This document shows, piece by piece, positions 1 to 9,254 of a DNA stretch of 64,000 nucleotides. The translations under genes were made by a program, and so were the position numbers. Under the pieces are notes generated by a model that saw only the letters and a program-made list of their open reading frames with translations, was not told the origin of the DNA and made no database searches. Every line of letters starts with the position of its first letter. Position 1 is the stretch's first letter. The DNA is from a virus (taxonomy: Duplodnaviria > Caudoviricetes), in the IMG/VR virus record IMGVR_UViG_3300033070_001454, positions 2,074 to 66,073 of that record. The stretch is one strand, 5' to 3'.

Positions 1-858
1 AAATCCGTCAAGGTCAGCTCAAAGCAACCCACACAGAAGTCGATCGACTTGCAGCGTGTGCTCGAATCTTGCAGGTTCGATGGCGATCGTGTCAGCTGCT
101 TCCCGAACAGGAGGACCGTCATCAGCTACGATCTCAAGACGAACGAATGCTTCGTCAACGGTTCGAAGGCAGATCCAACGACCCTGAATTCCAGGCTGCT
201 GGCCAATGGCCTGGCCCGCCTGGATGAGATGTCGATGGTCGACCACTTCATGGAACTCGTCAGCGAGTCTGGCCCAATGACGGAGATCGACTTCGGCTAC
301 CGTGTCAACTCCAGCAATGGCAAACGCAGCGTTTCGGTCTACAAGGTTGGTGGGAACGTCTTCGTCCAGCGCAAGGATCGTGAGATGGGCAACTCGATCG
401 ACCAACTCGGTGTCAATGAATCCATCAAGGAAGTCCGTGAGTTCATGGAATATGACATCACGGAATCCGTCAAGGATCTGTTGCCGATCGAAGACAAGGT
501 GAAAGTCGATAATAGCGCAGAGATCAAGAAGCTTGAAGAGCGCATCGAATACGCCGAGAAGAAGCTTGACAGCCTATCCGCCATCGAGAAGAGCGGCACC
601 GTCAACGAATCCAACATCGAAAAGGCAAGGAAGCACCTGAGCGACATCGTCAACGAAAGCAAGGAGAGGATCACCAAGCTCCTGCTCAACGAGGAAGCCA
701 CCAAGGTCAGCGTCGATGACAAGGGCGAAGAGGTCAAGGCATCTGGCAAATCCGATCCTGATGTCAACGCCGGAGAAGAAGTCAAGCCGGCTGACAAGTC
801 AGTCCCAGAAGACATCGGCGAAGATGGCGCCAAGAAAGGCGAAGAGATCAAAGCTTAA
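1..858 (+). CDS. 5'-truncated Lys/Glu-rich protein, probable head core/internal protein
   Basis: Frame is open from base 1; carries VNES (three copies), ITES and LLNE motifs like the other putative protease-processed head proteins. Confidence 0.6.
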   Translation, partial: KSVKVSSKQPTQKSIDLQRVLESCRFDGDRVSCFPNRRTVISYDLKTNECFVNGSKADPTTLNSRLLANGLARLDEMSMVDHFMELVSESGPMTEIDFGYRVNSSNGKRSVSVYKVGGNVFVQRKDREMGNSIDQLGVNESIKEVREFMEYDITESVKDLLPIEDKVKVDNSAEIKKLEERIEYAEKKLDSLSAIEKSGTVNESNIEKARKHLSDIVNESKERITKLLLNEEATKVSVDDKGEEVKASGKSDPDVNAGEEVKPADKSVPEDIGEDGAKKGEEIKA

Positions 859-881
859 GCACACAGGAAACCAGCCGGTCT

Positions 882-1241
882 ATGCCAGACTACGTAAACA
901 ACAAGGAGCTCTTCGCTGAGATCTGCAAGTGCTTGCCAGCGAAGAAGCTTTCGCCGACGGCGGAAAAGATGCTCATGCTGATAGCCGAAAGGGCCATCGG
1001 AAAGCTGACATACGCCGACGAGATGGACAAAGAGGATTGCATCGCATTTGCGAAGCTCGAGCTCATGAGATACTGGGATCGGTTCAACCCTACCAAGTCC
1101 AAGAACGCGTTCGCTTACTACACCCAGATTGCCAAGCATGGGTACGCAAAAGGCTGGAACATCCTCCACCCCGCAAAATACGCTGGCACAGTCTCGATCA
1201 CCAGCCGAAACGACGAGACTGACGGCATCTTTAGCCTCTGA
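882..1241 (+). CDS. gp55: T4 gp55-like late sigma factor (minimal, 119 aa)
   Basis: YVNNKEL, MLIAE and F-x-x-TKSKNAFAYYTQ match remembered T4 gp55 motifs. Confidence 0.88.
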   Translation: MPDYVNNKELFAEICKCLPAKKLSPTAEKMLMLIAERAIGKLTYADEMDKEDCIAFAKLELMRYWDRFNPTKSKNAFAYYTQIAKHGYAKGWNILHPAKYAGTVSITSRNDETDGIFSL

Positions 1242-2512
1242 TGAGACGAGTACTGCATTTCAATGAGTTCATGGCCTTCGACCAATTGAGGGCCGAGATC
1301 GACCGTTCCGAAAGGATGGTCAACGAGAGCTATGTAGACGAGCTCATCGAACAGGACCTGTTGAACGAGGCCCTGTCCTCCGGTTTCCTCAGGTCGATCT
1401 TCGACGGGATGCCGACCGACGCCAATGGGAAGTCCCTTGGGGTACCTTTCGGACAGATCTTCTACAACTCGTTCAAGGTCTCACTGAACGACATCACTGA
1501 CAGCGACTTCGTTCAAAGGAGCGATGTTGGAGTCGCTTTCTCAGAAGGCAAGAAGAGGCCGAACACCTTCTACTTCATGATGTGTGACAACCAGGCCACC
1601 ATCGATGAGATGAGGAAGCTCGGTGCAACACAGCTTCCTAACCCGTTCCTGGTCGCGGTGATCCGTGGAGGCAAAGGAGTCATGGCATCTGATTCGGCAA
1701 CCGATTCAGTCTCGACTACTCCCAAGGGCTCGAGGTACAGCAGCAGATGGCAACGTCAATCGGAGAACGACCGCGTCGGTTGGCTCTCCAACAAGGGCAA
1801 CGTGATGGGCCGAGTCATCTCGAAGATGCAGGGCAAGGACCCATACGCGAGCGATAGCATCTCGGTCAACCAGACCAGGATCAAGGAGATGTCGACATTC
1901 TGCTTCGAGCTCGATGTGGATGCTCTGATCGCTAGGCTCGGAACCACAGCTGACATCCGGAAGCAGCGTTACGAGCAGAAACAAGGGAATTTGGTGTGGA
2001 AGCCAGGAGATGAGGCCGAGCTCAAGCGCATCAGGCAACGAAACGCTGACAACTATAAACTCATTCTGAGCCAGAAGGTCAGCATGCGCGATCTTGTTGA
2101 CATCTACGGAGAGATCGAAAAGACTGGCAACGGTGCGATCGAGGATTTCCTGATGAAAGCCGACTTCACATCGCCGGAATCAGTGGCGCAAACCCTCGGT
2201 TTTGGAGATGGATGGGCCAATAAGCCAAGGTTCCTGGATCGTTCATTCCGAGAGATCAGGAACGTGATGAACAACGCGCTCGATGTTCTTGGCCGGGCGC
2301 TCGATTTCTGCTATGAGTACTACCGTTCATGGGACAGAGCGCAAGGCCTGATCAGGAGCCTTGAGACCGAACAAGACCCTGAAAAGGCGATCAAGATCAA
2401 GACCGAAGTCGATTGGTACCAGGACAGCAACCAAAAGGAACTCAAATCCTTGGTTGAGTTCAAGACTCAGCTGCTGAGGTACCAGAACGACATGAACAAA
2501 GCCATCGCATGA
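1241..2512 (+). CDS. Hypothetical protein, putative capsid-internal protein
   Basis: 423-aa ORF; N-terminus RVLHFNEF followed by VNES and LLNEA. Confidence 0.7.
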   Translation: MRRVLHFNEFMAFDQLRAEIDRSERMVNESYVDELIEQDLLNEALSSGFLRSIFDGMPTDANGKSLGVPFGQIFYNSFKVSLNDITDSDFVQRSDVGVAFSEGKKRPNTFYFMMCDNQATIDEMRKLGATQLPNPFLVAVIRGGKGVMASDSATDSVSTTPKGSRYSSRWQRQSENDRVGWLSNKGNVMGRVISKMQGKDPYASDSISVNQTRIKEMSTFCFELDVDALIARLGTTADIRKQRYEQKQGNLVWKPGDEAELKRIRQRNADNYKLILSQKVSMRDLVDIYGEIEKTGNGAIEDFLMKADFTSPESVAQTLGFGDGWANKPRFLDRSFREIRNVMNNALDVLGRALDFCYEYYRSWDRAQGLIRSLETEQDPEKAIKIKTEVDWYQDSNQKELKSLVEFKTQLLRYQNDMNKAIA

Positions 2513-2763
2513 GGCTGAAGAGGTATCGCCACTTTCTGTTAGAATCGCTGTCCGCGTCGGACTTCAACAACACGTTCGACCTTGATGGGACGTGGTGGGA
2601 GAAGTGGAAGAAGGCGCATGGTGATGAGCATGATATCAAGAAGAACGAGTTTCAGAACACGATGGAGGTGCGCAAGAAGGGAACGGACAAGATGGAATTC
2701 ATCTTCGACATCGAACGGAACAAGGTCTTCTCGAACCACGATCTGGACTTCTTCACATCTTAA
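2509..2763 (+). CDS. Small hypothetical protein with capsid-targeting-like N-terminus
   Basis: ATGA overlap with the upstream ORF; begins MRLKRYRHFLLES. Confidence 0.65.
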   Translation: MRLKRYRHFLLESLSASDFNNTFDLDGTWWEKWKKAHGDEHDIKKNEFQNTMEVRKKGTDKMEFIFDIERNKVFSNHDLDFFTS

Positions 2764-2777
2764 GGGACCCTATCCCT

Positions 2778-2785
2778 GATACATA
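2778..2785 (+). promoter_or_regulatory. Putative late promoter (GATACATA)
   Basis: ATANATA motif 4 nt before the GTG start at 2790. Confidence 0.65.
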
Positions 2786-2789
2786 GTTT

Positions 2790-3860
2790 GTGAAGAAGCA
2801 CTTCTATGTCTACCGGTTGACTAACCGAGAGACTCAGGAATTTTACATCGGTCGAAGAACATGTAAGTGTTCTCCTGATCAAGATGTAGAGTACCTAGGA
2901 TCGATGATGACATGGAAGCCAAATTTAGCCCTTCTGGATAAGGAGATCATCCAAGTCTTCGATGATCCAACCGAGATGGCAGACTTTGAAACTGTCATGA
3001 TCCAACAGTTAATCAACGATCCACTTAACCGGAACTATCATGTTCCAGGAATAGGATTTGGAGTAAATGGCACAGTCGCGGTCAGAGATAAAGCCGGCAA
3101 GGTTCTAAGGGTAGCTGTCGATGACCCTAGATATGTGTCAGGTGAATTGGTTTTTGTGCGAACTGGTTTGATCTCGGTACGAAATCCATTAACCGATTCG
3201 ATAGAAACCGTTTCCACTGATGATCCAAGGCTCAAAACCGGAGAATTGGTATACCAGTGGAGTGGTAGAGTGGTTGCTAAGGACTCGGAATCAAAAATTC
3301 ACTTCGTCAGAACTGATGATCCAAGATTGGTTACTGGAGAGCTTCGAGGCCATACCTCAGGTAGAATCACAGTCAAGGACAAAAACGGTAATTGGTTAAG
3401 CGTTACTCGTGATGATCCAAGATATCAATCCGGTGAACTGGTAGCTTGGGGCAAAGGTAAAACAGTTGTTACCGACGGCGTTAGAACATTTTCAGTCGAT
3501 TCTAGCGATCCTCGAATTGAATTTGGCGAACTGATCCCGAGGGCCAGGGGCTGGGTTACTGTTCGTGACTCAGATGGAAAGTGTTTCAACGTTCGGAAAG
3601 ATGATCCAGACTTCAAAACTGGAAAACTAGTCCATAATTGTAAAGGCTTTGTAACTGTTTGGAATCAAGATGGCGCTAAATTTCGAGTTCGAAGCGGTGA
3701 TCCTAGAATCCAATCAGGAGAATTACGAACTCACACGAAGAATTCTATCTGGATCAGTAATGGATCGATCAATAAGCGAATCGATGCAGCTCTAAAGGAT
3801 CAGTTTCTTAGTTCCGGTTGGATTCTCGGAAGATTGCCACTCAAGCCGAGGTCCAAATGA
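2790..3860 (+). CDS. GIY-YIG (Seg-like) homing endonuclease with C-terminal tandem repeats
   Basis: N-terminal FYVYRLTN...FYIGRR...YLGS; DNA looks AT-richer than its neighbours. Confidence 0.8.
   Translation: MKKHFYVYRLTNRETQEFYIGRRTCKCSPDQDVEYLGSMMTWKPNLALLDKEIIQVFDDPTEMADFETVMIQQLINDPLNRNYHVPGIGFGVNGTVAVRDKAGKVLRVAVDDPRYVSGELVFVRTGLISVRNPLTDSIETVSTDDPRLKTGELVYQWSGRVVAKDSESKIHFVRTDDPRLVTGELRGHTSGRITVKDKNGNWLSVTRDDPRYQSGELVAWGKGKTVVTDGVRTFSVDSSDPRIEFGELIPRARGWVTVRDSDGKCFNVRKDDPDFKTGKLVHNCKGFVTVWNQDGAKFRVRSGDPRIQSGELRTHTKNSIWISNGSINKRIDAALKDQFLSSGWILGRLPLKPRSK
3066..3745 (+). repeat. Seven ~33-aa protein repeats, G-x-V-x-V-x-D...V-x-x-D-D-P-R-x-x-x-G-E-L
   Basis: Seven DPR/DPD...GEL/GKL cores at regular spacing in the translation. 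Confidence 0.85.
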
Positions 3861-4333
3861 ATATCAAGCAGAATAAGCCTAATCCTAGGTCTCAATTCAA
3901 ACAGGGCTATTTCAGAATTGATGAGTGTTTGAAATACCGAGGGAAAGCTCCAGTGATATACCGCTCCTCATGGGAGAAGATGTTCTGTGAGTACTGTGAG
4001 AGGAACCCAGACATCAAATGGTGGTCATCGGAATCGGTGGAGATAAGGTACTACAACCCTATCACTAAGAAGCACCACACGTACTACCCTGACTTTCTGC
4101 TCCGCATGGCCGATGGATCCACCATCATAGTCGAGATCAAGCCGAGCTTCCAGCTCATCAGGCCGGATCCGCCGAAGAGGAGGACCGACCAATCGGTCAA
4201 GAGGTTCATGCGGACCATGAAGGACTATGCGACCAACATGGCCAAGGCGAAGGCCGCCAAGGAGCTCGCAGCCCAGAGGGGCTACAAGTACTTGCTGGTC
4301 ACGGAGGACTTTTTCAAACCCACTAACCGATGA
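3857..4333 (+). CDS. gp4: Head completion nuclease (T4 gp4, TnsA-like)
   Basis: YRSSWE...WSSE...YYPDF...VEIKP motifs; start placed at ATG 3857, overlapping the upstream stop. Confidence 0.88.
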   Translation: MNIKQNKPNPRSQFKQGYFRIDECLKYRGKAPVIYRSSWEKMFCEYCERNPDIKWWSSESVEIRYYNPITKKHHTYYPDFLLRMADGSTIIVEIKPSFQLIRPDPPKRRTDQSVKRFMRTMKDYATNMAKAKAAKELAAQRGYKYLLVTEDFFKPTNR

Positions 4334-5061
4334 TCGGTGGACTGATCGCGATACTGAAGGAGCTCGTCCAGCTGGCTAGGGTTGCGGTCTCCACCCAGGA
4401 TCCAGAGGATGACAGCCACCTGAGCGCGTACGAGTGGCTGATCAGGGAGATGGAGAGCGGTACCAGCACCAGGGTCCAGCTCGTCCCAAACCGGAAGCTG
4501 GAACCGGGCAAGATCTACATCTTCAAGTACAACGCCAAGACCAAGGACACGCTCGAGTACTGGGACATGCACCCGGTCATGTTGTTCATAGGCACGATCA
4601 AGGTCGGCAAGCACCTGTTGGACATGGGCGTGAACATCACATGGTGGCCGCCCAAGTTCCGAAAGCTGCTCGTGTCCAGGATCAGGGCGCTCTACCGCTC
4701 ACAGTACGAGGCAGCCATCTCAAAGGCGCCGATGTCGGCGTTGGAGCAACGCCGAGTGAAGCTCGACATCTACGCTCTTCGATACGCGTTCGACCACCTC
4801 GGTTTCACGTTCGCGATCCGACACTACTACCGGCAACGGATGAGCCAAGAGGTCTATGTCGTCGATTACGAGTCGTGGGACCGTGTGTCTGATCTCAACG
4901 TCCCGAAGGTATTCCCGATGCTGAAAGGCGAGCTCAAGCTCTCAGAGATCTACAAGCGCCATCTCGATTTCATCCAGAAGGTCAATAAGGATCGCAACGG
5001 CCACATGAAAAGGATCCAGGAGCGGAGGCAACAGAGGTATTACGCGTTCGTGTCCCAATAG
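4330..5061 (+). CDS. gp2: DNA end protector protein (T4 gp2-like)
   Basis: YIFKYNAKTKDTLEYWDMHP...GVNITWWPP..R resembles gp2; adjacent to gp4. Confidence 0.75.
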   Translation: MIGGLIAILKELVQLARVAVSTQDPEDDSHLSAYEWLIREMESGTSTRVQLVPNRKLEPGKIYIFKYNAKTKDTLEYWDMHPVMLFIGTIKVGKHLLDMGVNITWWPPKFRKLLVSRIRALYRSQYEAAISKAPMSALEQRRVKLDIYALRYAFDHLGFTFAIRHYYRQRMSQEVYVVDYESWDRVSDLNVPKVFPMLKGELKLSEIYKRHLDFIQKVNKDRNGHMKRIQERRQQRYYAFVSQ

Positions 5062-5064
5062 ATA
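5057..5064 (+). promoter_or_regulatory. Putative late promoter (AATAGATA)
   Basis: ATANATA motif 6 nt before TTG 5071; upstream of the portal. Confidence 0.6.
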
Positions 5065-5070
5065 AGCTTC

Positions 5071-5739
5071 TTGAACGACTCCTACGTATATCTGCACATC
5101 CATCATGACACTGGCTATCCGGTGATCTTCTACGTCGGAAAGGGCCGGCTCAAAAGAGCCTGGACCACGAAGAGAAATCCACACTGGGTCAATGTCGTGA
5201 ACAAACATGGATACTCGGTTGAGATCCATAAGTCCGGTCTATCGGATGACGAAGCCACGAAGCTCGAGATCGCTCTCATCTTGGCCATCGGCCGTCGGGA
5301 TCTTGGGACTGGCCCTTTGGTCAACATGACACCTGGAGGCGATGGCCTGTCTAATCCAAGCCCAGAAATTAGGGCTAAGATGTCTGCTGCGAGCAGGGGT
5401 AGAAAGGCCAGCCCCGAGACCAGGGCTAAGATGTCCGAAGCTCATCGGAACATCTCAGATGAGACTCGAGCTAGGATTTCTGCTGGAGGCAAGGGACGAA
5501 TCCATTCACCCGAGACTAGGGCGAAGATCATCGCTGCCAACAAAGGAAAGGTCAAAAGTCCAGAAACTCTAGATCGTATCAAATCTGCACTTGCGGCCAG
5601 ATCTCCAGAAGCAAAAGCTCAAACTATTGCCAAGCGAAAGGCTTCGATAGCGGCTCGGTCTCCTGAAGTGGTTGCTGCAACAATTCAGCAGATTCGTGAA
5701 TCTCGGATTCGAAATCGAACGCTAAAACTGAATAGCTGA
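5071..5739 (+). CDS. GIY-YIG homing endonuclease with NUMOD3-type repeats
   Basis: VYLH...FYVGKG..KRA; GRRDLGTGPLVNMTPGGDG; repeated S-P-E-T-R-A-K-M/I. Confidence 0.85.
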   Translation: MNDSYVYLHIHHDTGYPVIFYVGKGRLKRAWTTKRNPHWVNVVNKHGYSVEIHKSGLSDDEATKLEIALILAIGRRDLGTGPLVNMTPGGDGLSNPSPEIRAKMSAASRGRKASPETRAKMSEAHRNISDETRARISAGGKGRIHSPETRAKIIAANKGKVKSPETLDRIKSALAARSPEAKAQTIAKRKASIAARSPEVVAATIQQIRESRIRNRTLKLNS

Positions 5740-7391
5740 TGTCTGGATTTGTCGATGTTCAAAACCGCAAGCTGAGTCGTCGGATTGGCAAAGCGCTAAA
5801 GAGTTTGAGCTCTTTTGGCATGCAATATGATGACATGGTCCTCAAGCAGTCGTTCGCGATCGGCGTCAACGAGGACCGTTTCGGTTGGAAGTTCGATCCG
5901 ACCAACGCGGCTGGCGGAGACTACGACGAGTATGGTCTCCTGGCCAACCTCTCGATGGCCGACATCGGGATGCGGAAGAACATCTCGTTCTTCGACAAGT
6001 CATACCGTAAGAAGCGAGAGGAGCTCAGGAGATTCGCTGTCCAGGACGAGATCGAGGAGATCCTCGACATCCTCTGCGATGAATCCATCGTCTACGACGA
6101 CAAGAACTACTTCTGTGAGCCGATCGTCTTCGACGGCGACGACCTCAAACCTGACGTCGCCACTCAGATCAAGTCGAAGCTGCTCGTCAACTTCAAGCGC
6201 GTCTACCAATACTTCGGCTTCCACGACAACAACGCGGCTTGGTCGATCTTCAGGCAATGGTTGATCGATGGCTACATCTCGTACGAGATCATCTACAACG
6301 AGAAGCAGGACACGATCATCGGGTTCAAGGAGCTCGATCCGATCACCCTGCAGCCTGGTGTGGACAAGGACGGAAAGAAGATCTGGACACAGTTCAAGGG
6401 CGATCCGAACAAGGAGAGGGAGATGGTCGATTCACAGATCATCTACATCTCGTCGAGCCTGAATGGCATCAGCCGGGTGTCATACGTCGAGAGGCTCATC
6501 AGATCATTCAACCTCCTCAGGATCATGGAGCACTCCAGGATCATCTGGGCGGTTGTCAACGCGTCGTTCAAGACGAAGTTCATCATCCCAGTGTCCGGGA
6601 AGAACAGGATCAGGGCCAGGCAGAGCTTGTCTAGCATCATGAACCAGTACCGCGAGAACGTCGAATACGATTCCAACTCAGGAGAATTGCAGATCAACGG
6701 TAAGCCGATGATGCCGTTCAACAAGGAGTACTGGATCCCTAAAGGCGAGAACGGCGAGCCCACGATCGAGACGTTCGGAAACGAAGGTCCGGACCTCTCC
6801 GACACCAACGCCCTGAAGTACTTCAGGAACAAGCTCAACAAGGTGTCCAAGATCCCAACCTCCAGGTTCGATAGCGGAGACAACGAACAGGGTCCTACCT
6901 GGCAGCTCAACGCCGAATCGATCCAACGTGAGGAAGTTCGGTTTTCCAGGTTCATTACTCGAATCAGGTCGATTTTCCAGGAGATCCTGGTCAAGCCGCT
7001 CTGGCTCCAGATGTGCTTAGACTTCCCCGAGCTCAAGGAAGACGACTCGTTCAGATCCCAGGTGAGCATCCGTTACAACAAGTACAACTACTTCGATGAC
7101 ATGATGGAGATCGAGGTAGCCACCAAGCGACTCGACTTCGTGACCAGGATGAAGGAAGGATTGGTCGACGTGGATCCGAACATGAACGAGCAGAAGTACT
7201 TCTCGAACGAGTTCCTGATCAGGCGTTACATGAAGTTCGGCCAAGACGACATCAACGAGAACAAACGTCTCAAGGATGCCGAGAACAAGAAGATGGCGAA
7301 GGACGCGAAGGAGAACCTGCCACAGATCCCAGGCCTCAATGGAGGTTTTGGAAAGAATCCGAGCTTCCCTAAGCCGAACTTTGGGAAGTGA
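5739..7391 (+). CDS. gp20: Portal protein (T4 gp20-like)
   Basis: 550 aa; FRQWLIDG, ELDP, LRIMEHSRIIW, EYWIP..E.GEPTIET, YFRNKL..VSKIP.SR, I.REEVRF.RFI.RIR..F. Confidence 0.93.
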   Translation: MSGFVDVQNRKLSRRIGKALKSLSSFGMQYDDMVLKQSFAIGVNEDRFGWKFDPTNAAGGDYDEYGLLANLSMADIGMRKNISFFDKSYRKKREELRRFAVQDEIEEILDILCDESIVYDDKNYFCEPIVFDGDDLKPDVATQIKSKLLVNFKRVYQYFGFHDNNAAWSIFRQWLIDGYISYEIIYNEKQDTIIGFKELDPITLQPGVDKDGKKIWTQFKGDPNKEREMVDSQIIYISSSLNGISRVSYVERLIRSFNLLRIMEHSRIIWAVVNASFKTKFIIPVSGKNRIRARQSLSSIMNQYRENVEYDSNSGELQINGKPMMPFNKEYWIPKGENGEPTIETFGNEGPDLSDTNALKYFRNKLNKVSKIPTSRFDSGDNEQGPTWQLNAESIQREEVRFSRFITRIRSIFQEILVKPLWLQMCLDFPELKEDDSFRSQVSIRYNKYNYFDDMMEIEVATKRLDFVTRMKEGLVDVDPNMNEQKYFSNEFLIRRYMKFGQDDINENKRLKDAENKKMAKDAKENLPQIPGLNGGFGKNPSFPKPNFGK

Positions 7392-7406
7392 CTCCATCCG
7401 GCTCAT

Positions 7407-7414
7407 GATACATA
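7407..7414 (+). promoter_or_regulatory. Putative late promoter (GATACATA)
   Basis: ATANATA motif directly upstream of the protease-capsid genes; the true protease start may be a downstream ATG. Confidence 0.6.
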
Positions 7415-9244
7415 ATGAAAATCGAGTTCTGCATGCCGCTGAAGCCATATCTCGTCTGTGAACGCTCGAGTTCTGAACTGAACTCTACGGTCCAGGACAA
7501 CAAGTACGTTCTGGAGGGCATCTTCACTGAATTTGGCGTGAAGAACAAGAACGGTAGGATCTACGAAGAGAGCGAAGTCATCCCTCACATCGAGGCGATG
7601 CAGAAGAGGATCTCCGAGAGGAAACTCGTCGGGGAATTGGACCATCCGAAGTCGTTCGACGTATCTTACAAGAACGCGTCCCACGTCATCGAAGAACTCC
7701 GTTATGACAAGGAAAAGCAGCAAGTCATCGGCCGCATCCGGCTTCTGGATACCAGCAATGGTAAGGAAGCACAGGCTCTCTGCGACGCGGGCATCCCTCT
7801 CCACATCTCCAGCCGGGCGGCAGGTGTAGTGGAGAACAACGGCAAGGTGAGGATCAAGAAGATGTTCACCTATGACCTGGTAGCGGATCCCGGTTTTGAG
7901 AACGCAACACTCAAGAGCGTGAACGAGTCGTTTGGATTCGATCCAAACAGCCTCATCCAACTCTACGAGGTCGAAAACGTCCCACAGGATCTCCTTGAAG
8001 AGGGCGACAAAACCAACAAGAAGGAAATGTCCGAGACCAACGAACAGTTCGTCACTGTCGCCGATTTCAACAAGTTCACAGAGATCCTCAAGTCAAGCAG
8101 GAGCAAGGAACTCGGCCTGATCAAAGAGGAGCTCAAGAAGCTCGTCGAGAGCGCAAAGCCTGTCTCTGAATCGACTGGAGATTCCTCCGTCTATGAGGCT
8201 CGCATCGCTGAACTGGAGAAGAAGAACACCGAGCTGCTCGAGAGCATCAGCAGCATCGAAGGATTCATGGACTATGTAGTCGAGCACCTCGAGAAGGCCA
8301 TCGATTACTCCGATCTCATTTCCAAGACTGTCAATGAGAGCGCCGTCGATAGGACGGAGTTCGACAAGGCGGCCTCTTACCTCAAGCTTGTCGCTGAGAC
8401 GGTCGACACCGGTATCGAATACCAGAAGAGAATCGTCAGCGAGAACAACAGCCGTTGGCGCTACCAGACAAGGATCAACGAGCACACCGATGCTCTCATC
8501 GGTCACTCTGACATGATCGTCGAAGCAGTGGATTCCTTCCAGCGCTTCGGTGACCACCTTGCGACGGGCCTCAATGCCGCCATCAAGTCCCAGGACGAGA
8601 TGTTCGAGAGCATCAAGGCCCTCAACGAAGGCAAGGCGCCCAACACAGCAAAGGCCCTCAACGAGAGCGTCGAGACCATCGAGACCGAAGAGGTCAAGAT
8701 CGATCGCATCAGCGAGGACAACAAAGACATCGATGCTGACATTGACAGCATCCTAAACGAAAACGCATCTGCTAAGGAGCAAAAGGCAGACCATTCCAAA
8801 CACCCATTCTACGGATTCCTGAACAAGGATCACCGTGAGAAGTTCGATTCCCTCGATGAGAAGGAGACGGCAAGGGTCGTGGAAGCATTCTCAAAGAACA
8901 AGTACTTCGGATCACAGGACGTTGCCAGGATCTTCGAAGCGACCATGAATCCGGTCGCTCCATCCCTTGATTGGTTACAGGACATGCCGTCGGAATTCCG
9001 CCCAATTTGGGAGAATCTGAACATCGACATGAAGCGTGCCATCAAGTCACAGGCCAGCATCCGTTCCTTGGATACGGAGTACAAGATCAGGAACTTCTGG
9101 GAAACCAGGGATCTGAGGTCTCTCCGAGTGAATGCTCCAGACATCAAGCCGATCCCAATCAACGAGGACAACTCGAGCTTCGAGACCGACGATTCCTACA
9201 TGGAATCCGTGAAAGCGGGGTTGAGGAAGCGCTTCAACAAATAA
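7415..9244 (+). CDS. gp21: Prohead protease (gp21-like) fused to a coiled-coil scaffold region
   Basis: VLEGIF, KNKNGRIY, GELDHP (His), ISSRAAG (Ser), TYDLVADPGF; about 430 further helical residues with many x-N/x-E-S motifs. Confidence 0.9.
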   Translation: MKIEFCMPLKPYLVCERSSSELNSTVQDNKYVLEGIFTEFGVKNKNGRIYEESEVIPHIEAMQKRISERKLVGELDHPKSFDVSYKNASHVIEELRYDKEKQQVIGRIRLLDTSNGKEAQALCDAGIPLHISSRAAGVVENNGKVRIKKMFTYDLVADPGFENATLKSVNESFGFDPNSLIQLYEVENVPQDLLEEGDKTNKKEMSETNEQFVTVADFNKFTEILKSSRSKELGLIKEELKKLVESAKPVSESTGDSSVYEARIAELEKKNTELLESISSIEGFMDYVVEHLEKAIDYSDLISKTVNESAVDRTEFDKAASYLKLVAETVDTGIEYQKRIVSENNSRWRYQTRINEHTDALIGHSDMIVEAVDSFQRFGDHLATGLNAAIKSQDEMFESIKALNEGKAPNTAKALNESVETIETEEVKIDRISEDNKDIDADIDSILNENASAKEQKADHSKHPFYGFLNKDHREKFDSLDEKETARVVEAFSKNKYFGSQDVARIFEATMNPVAPSLDWLQDMPSEFRPIWENLNIDMKRAIKSQASIRSLDTEYKIRNFWETRDLRSLRVNAPDIKPIPINEDNSSFETDDSYMESVKAGLRKRFNK

Positions 9245-9254
9245 GAACACTCTG

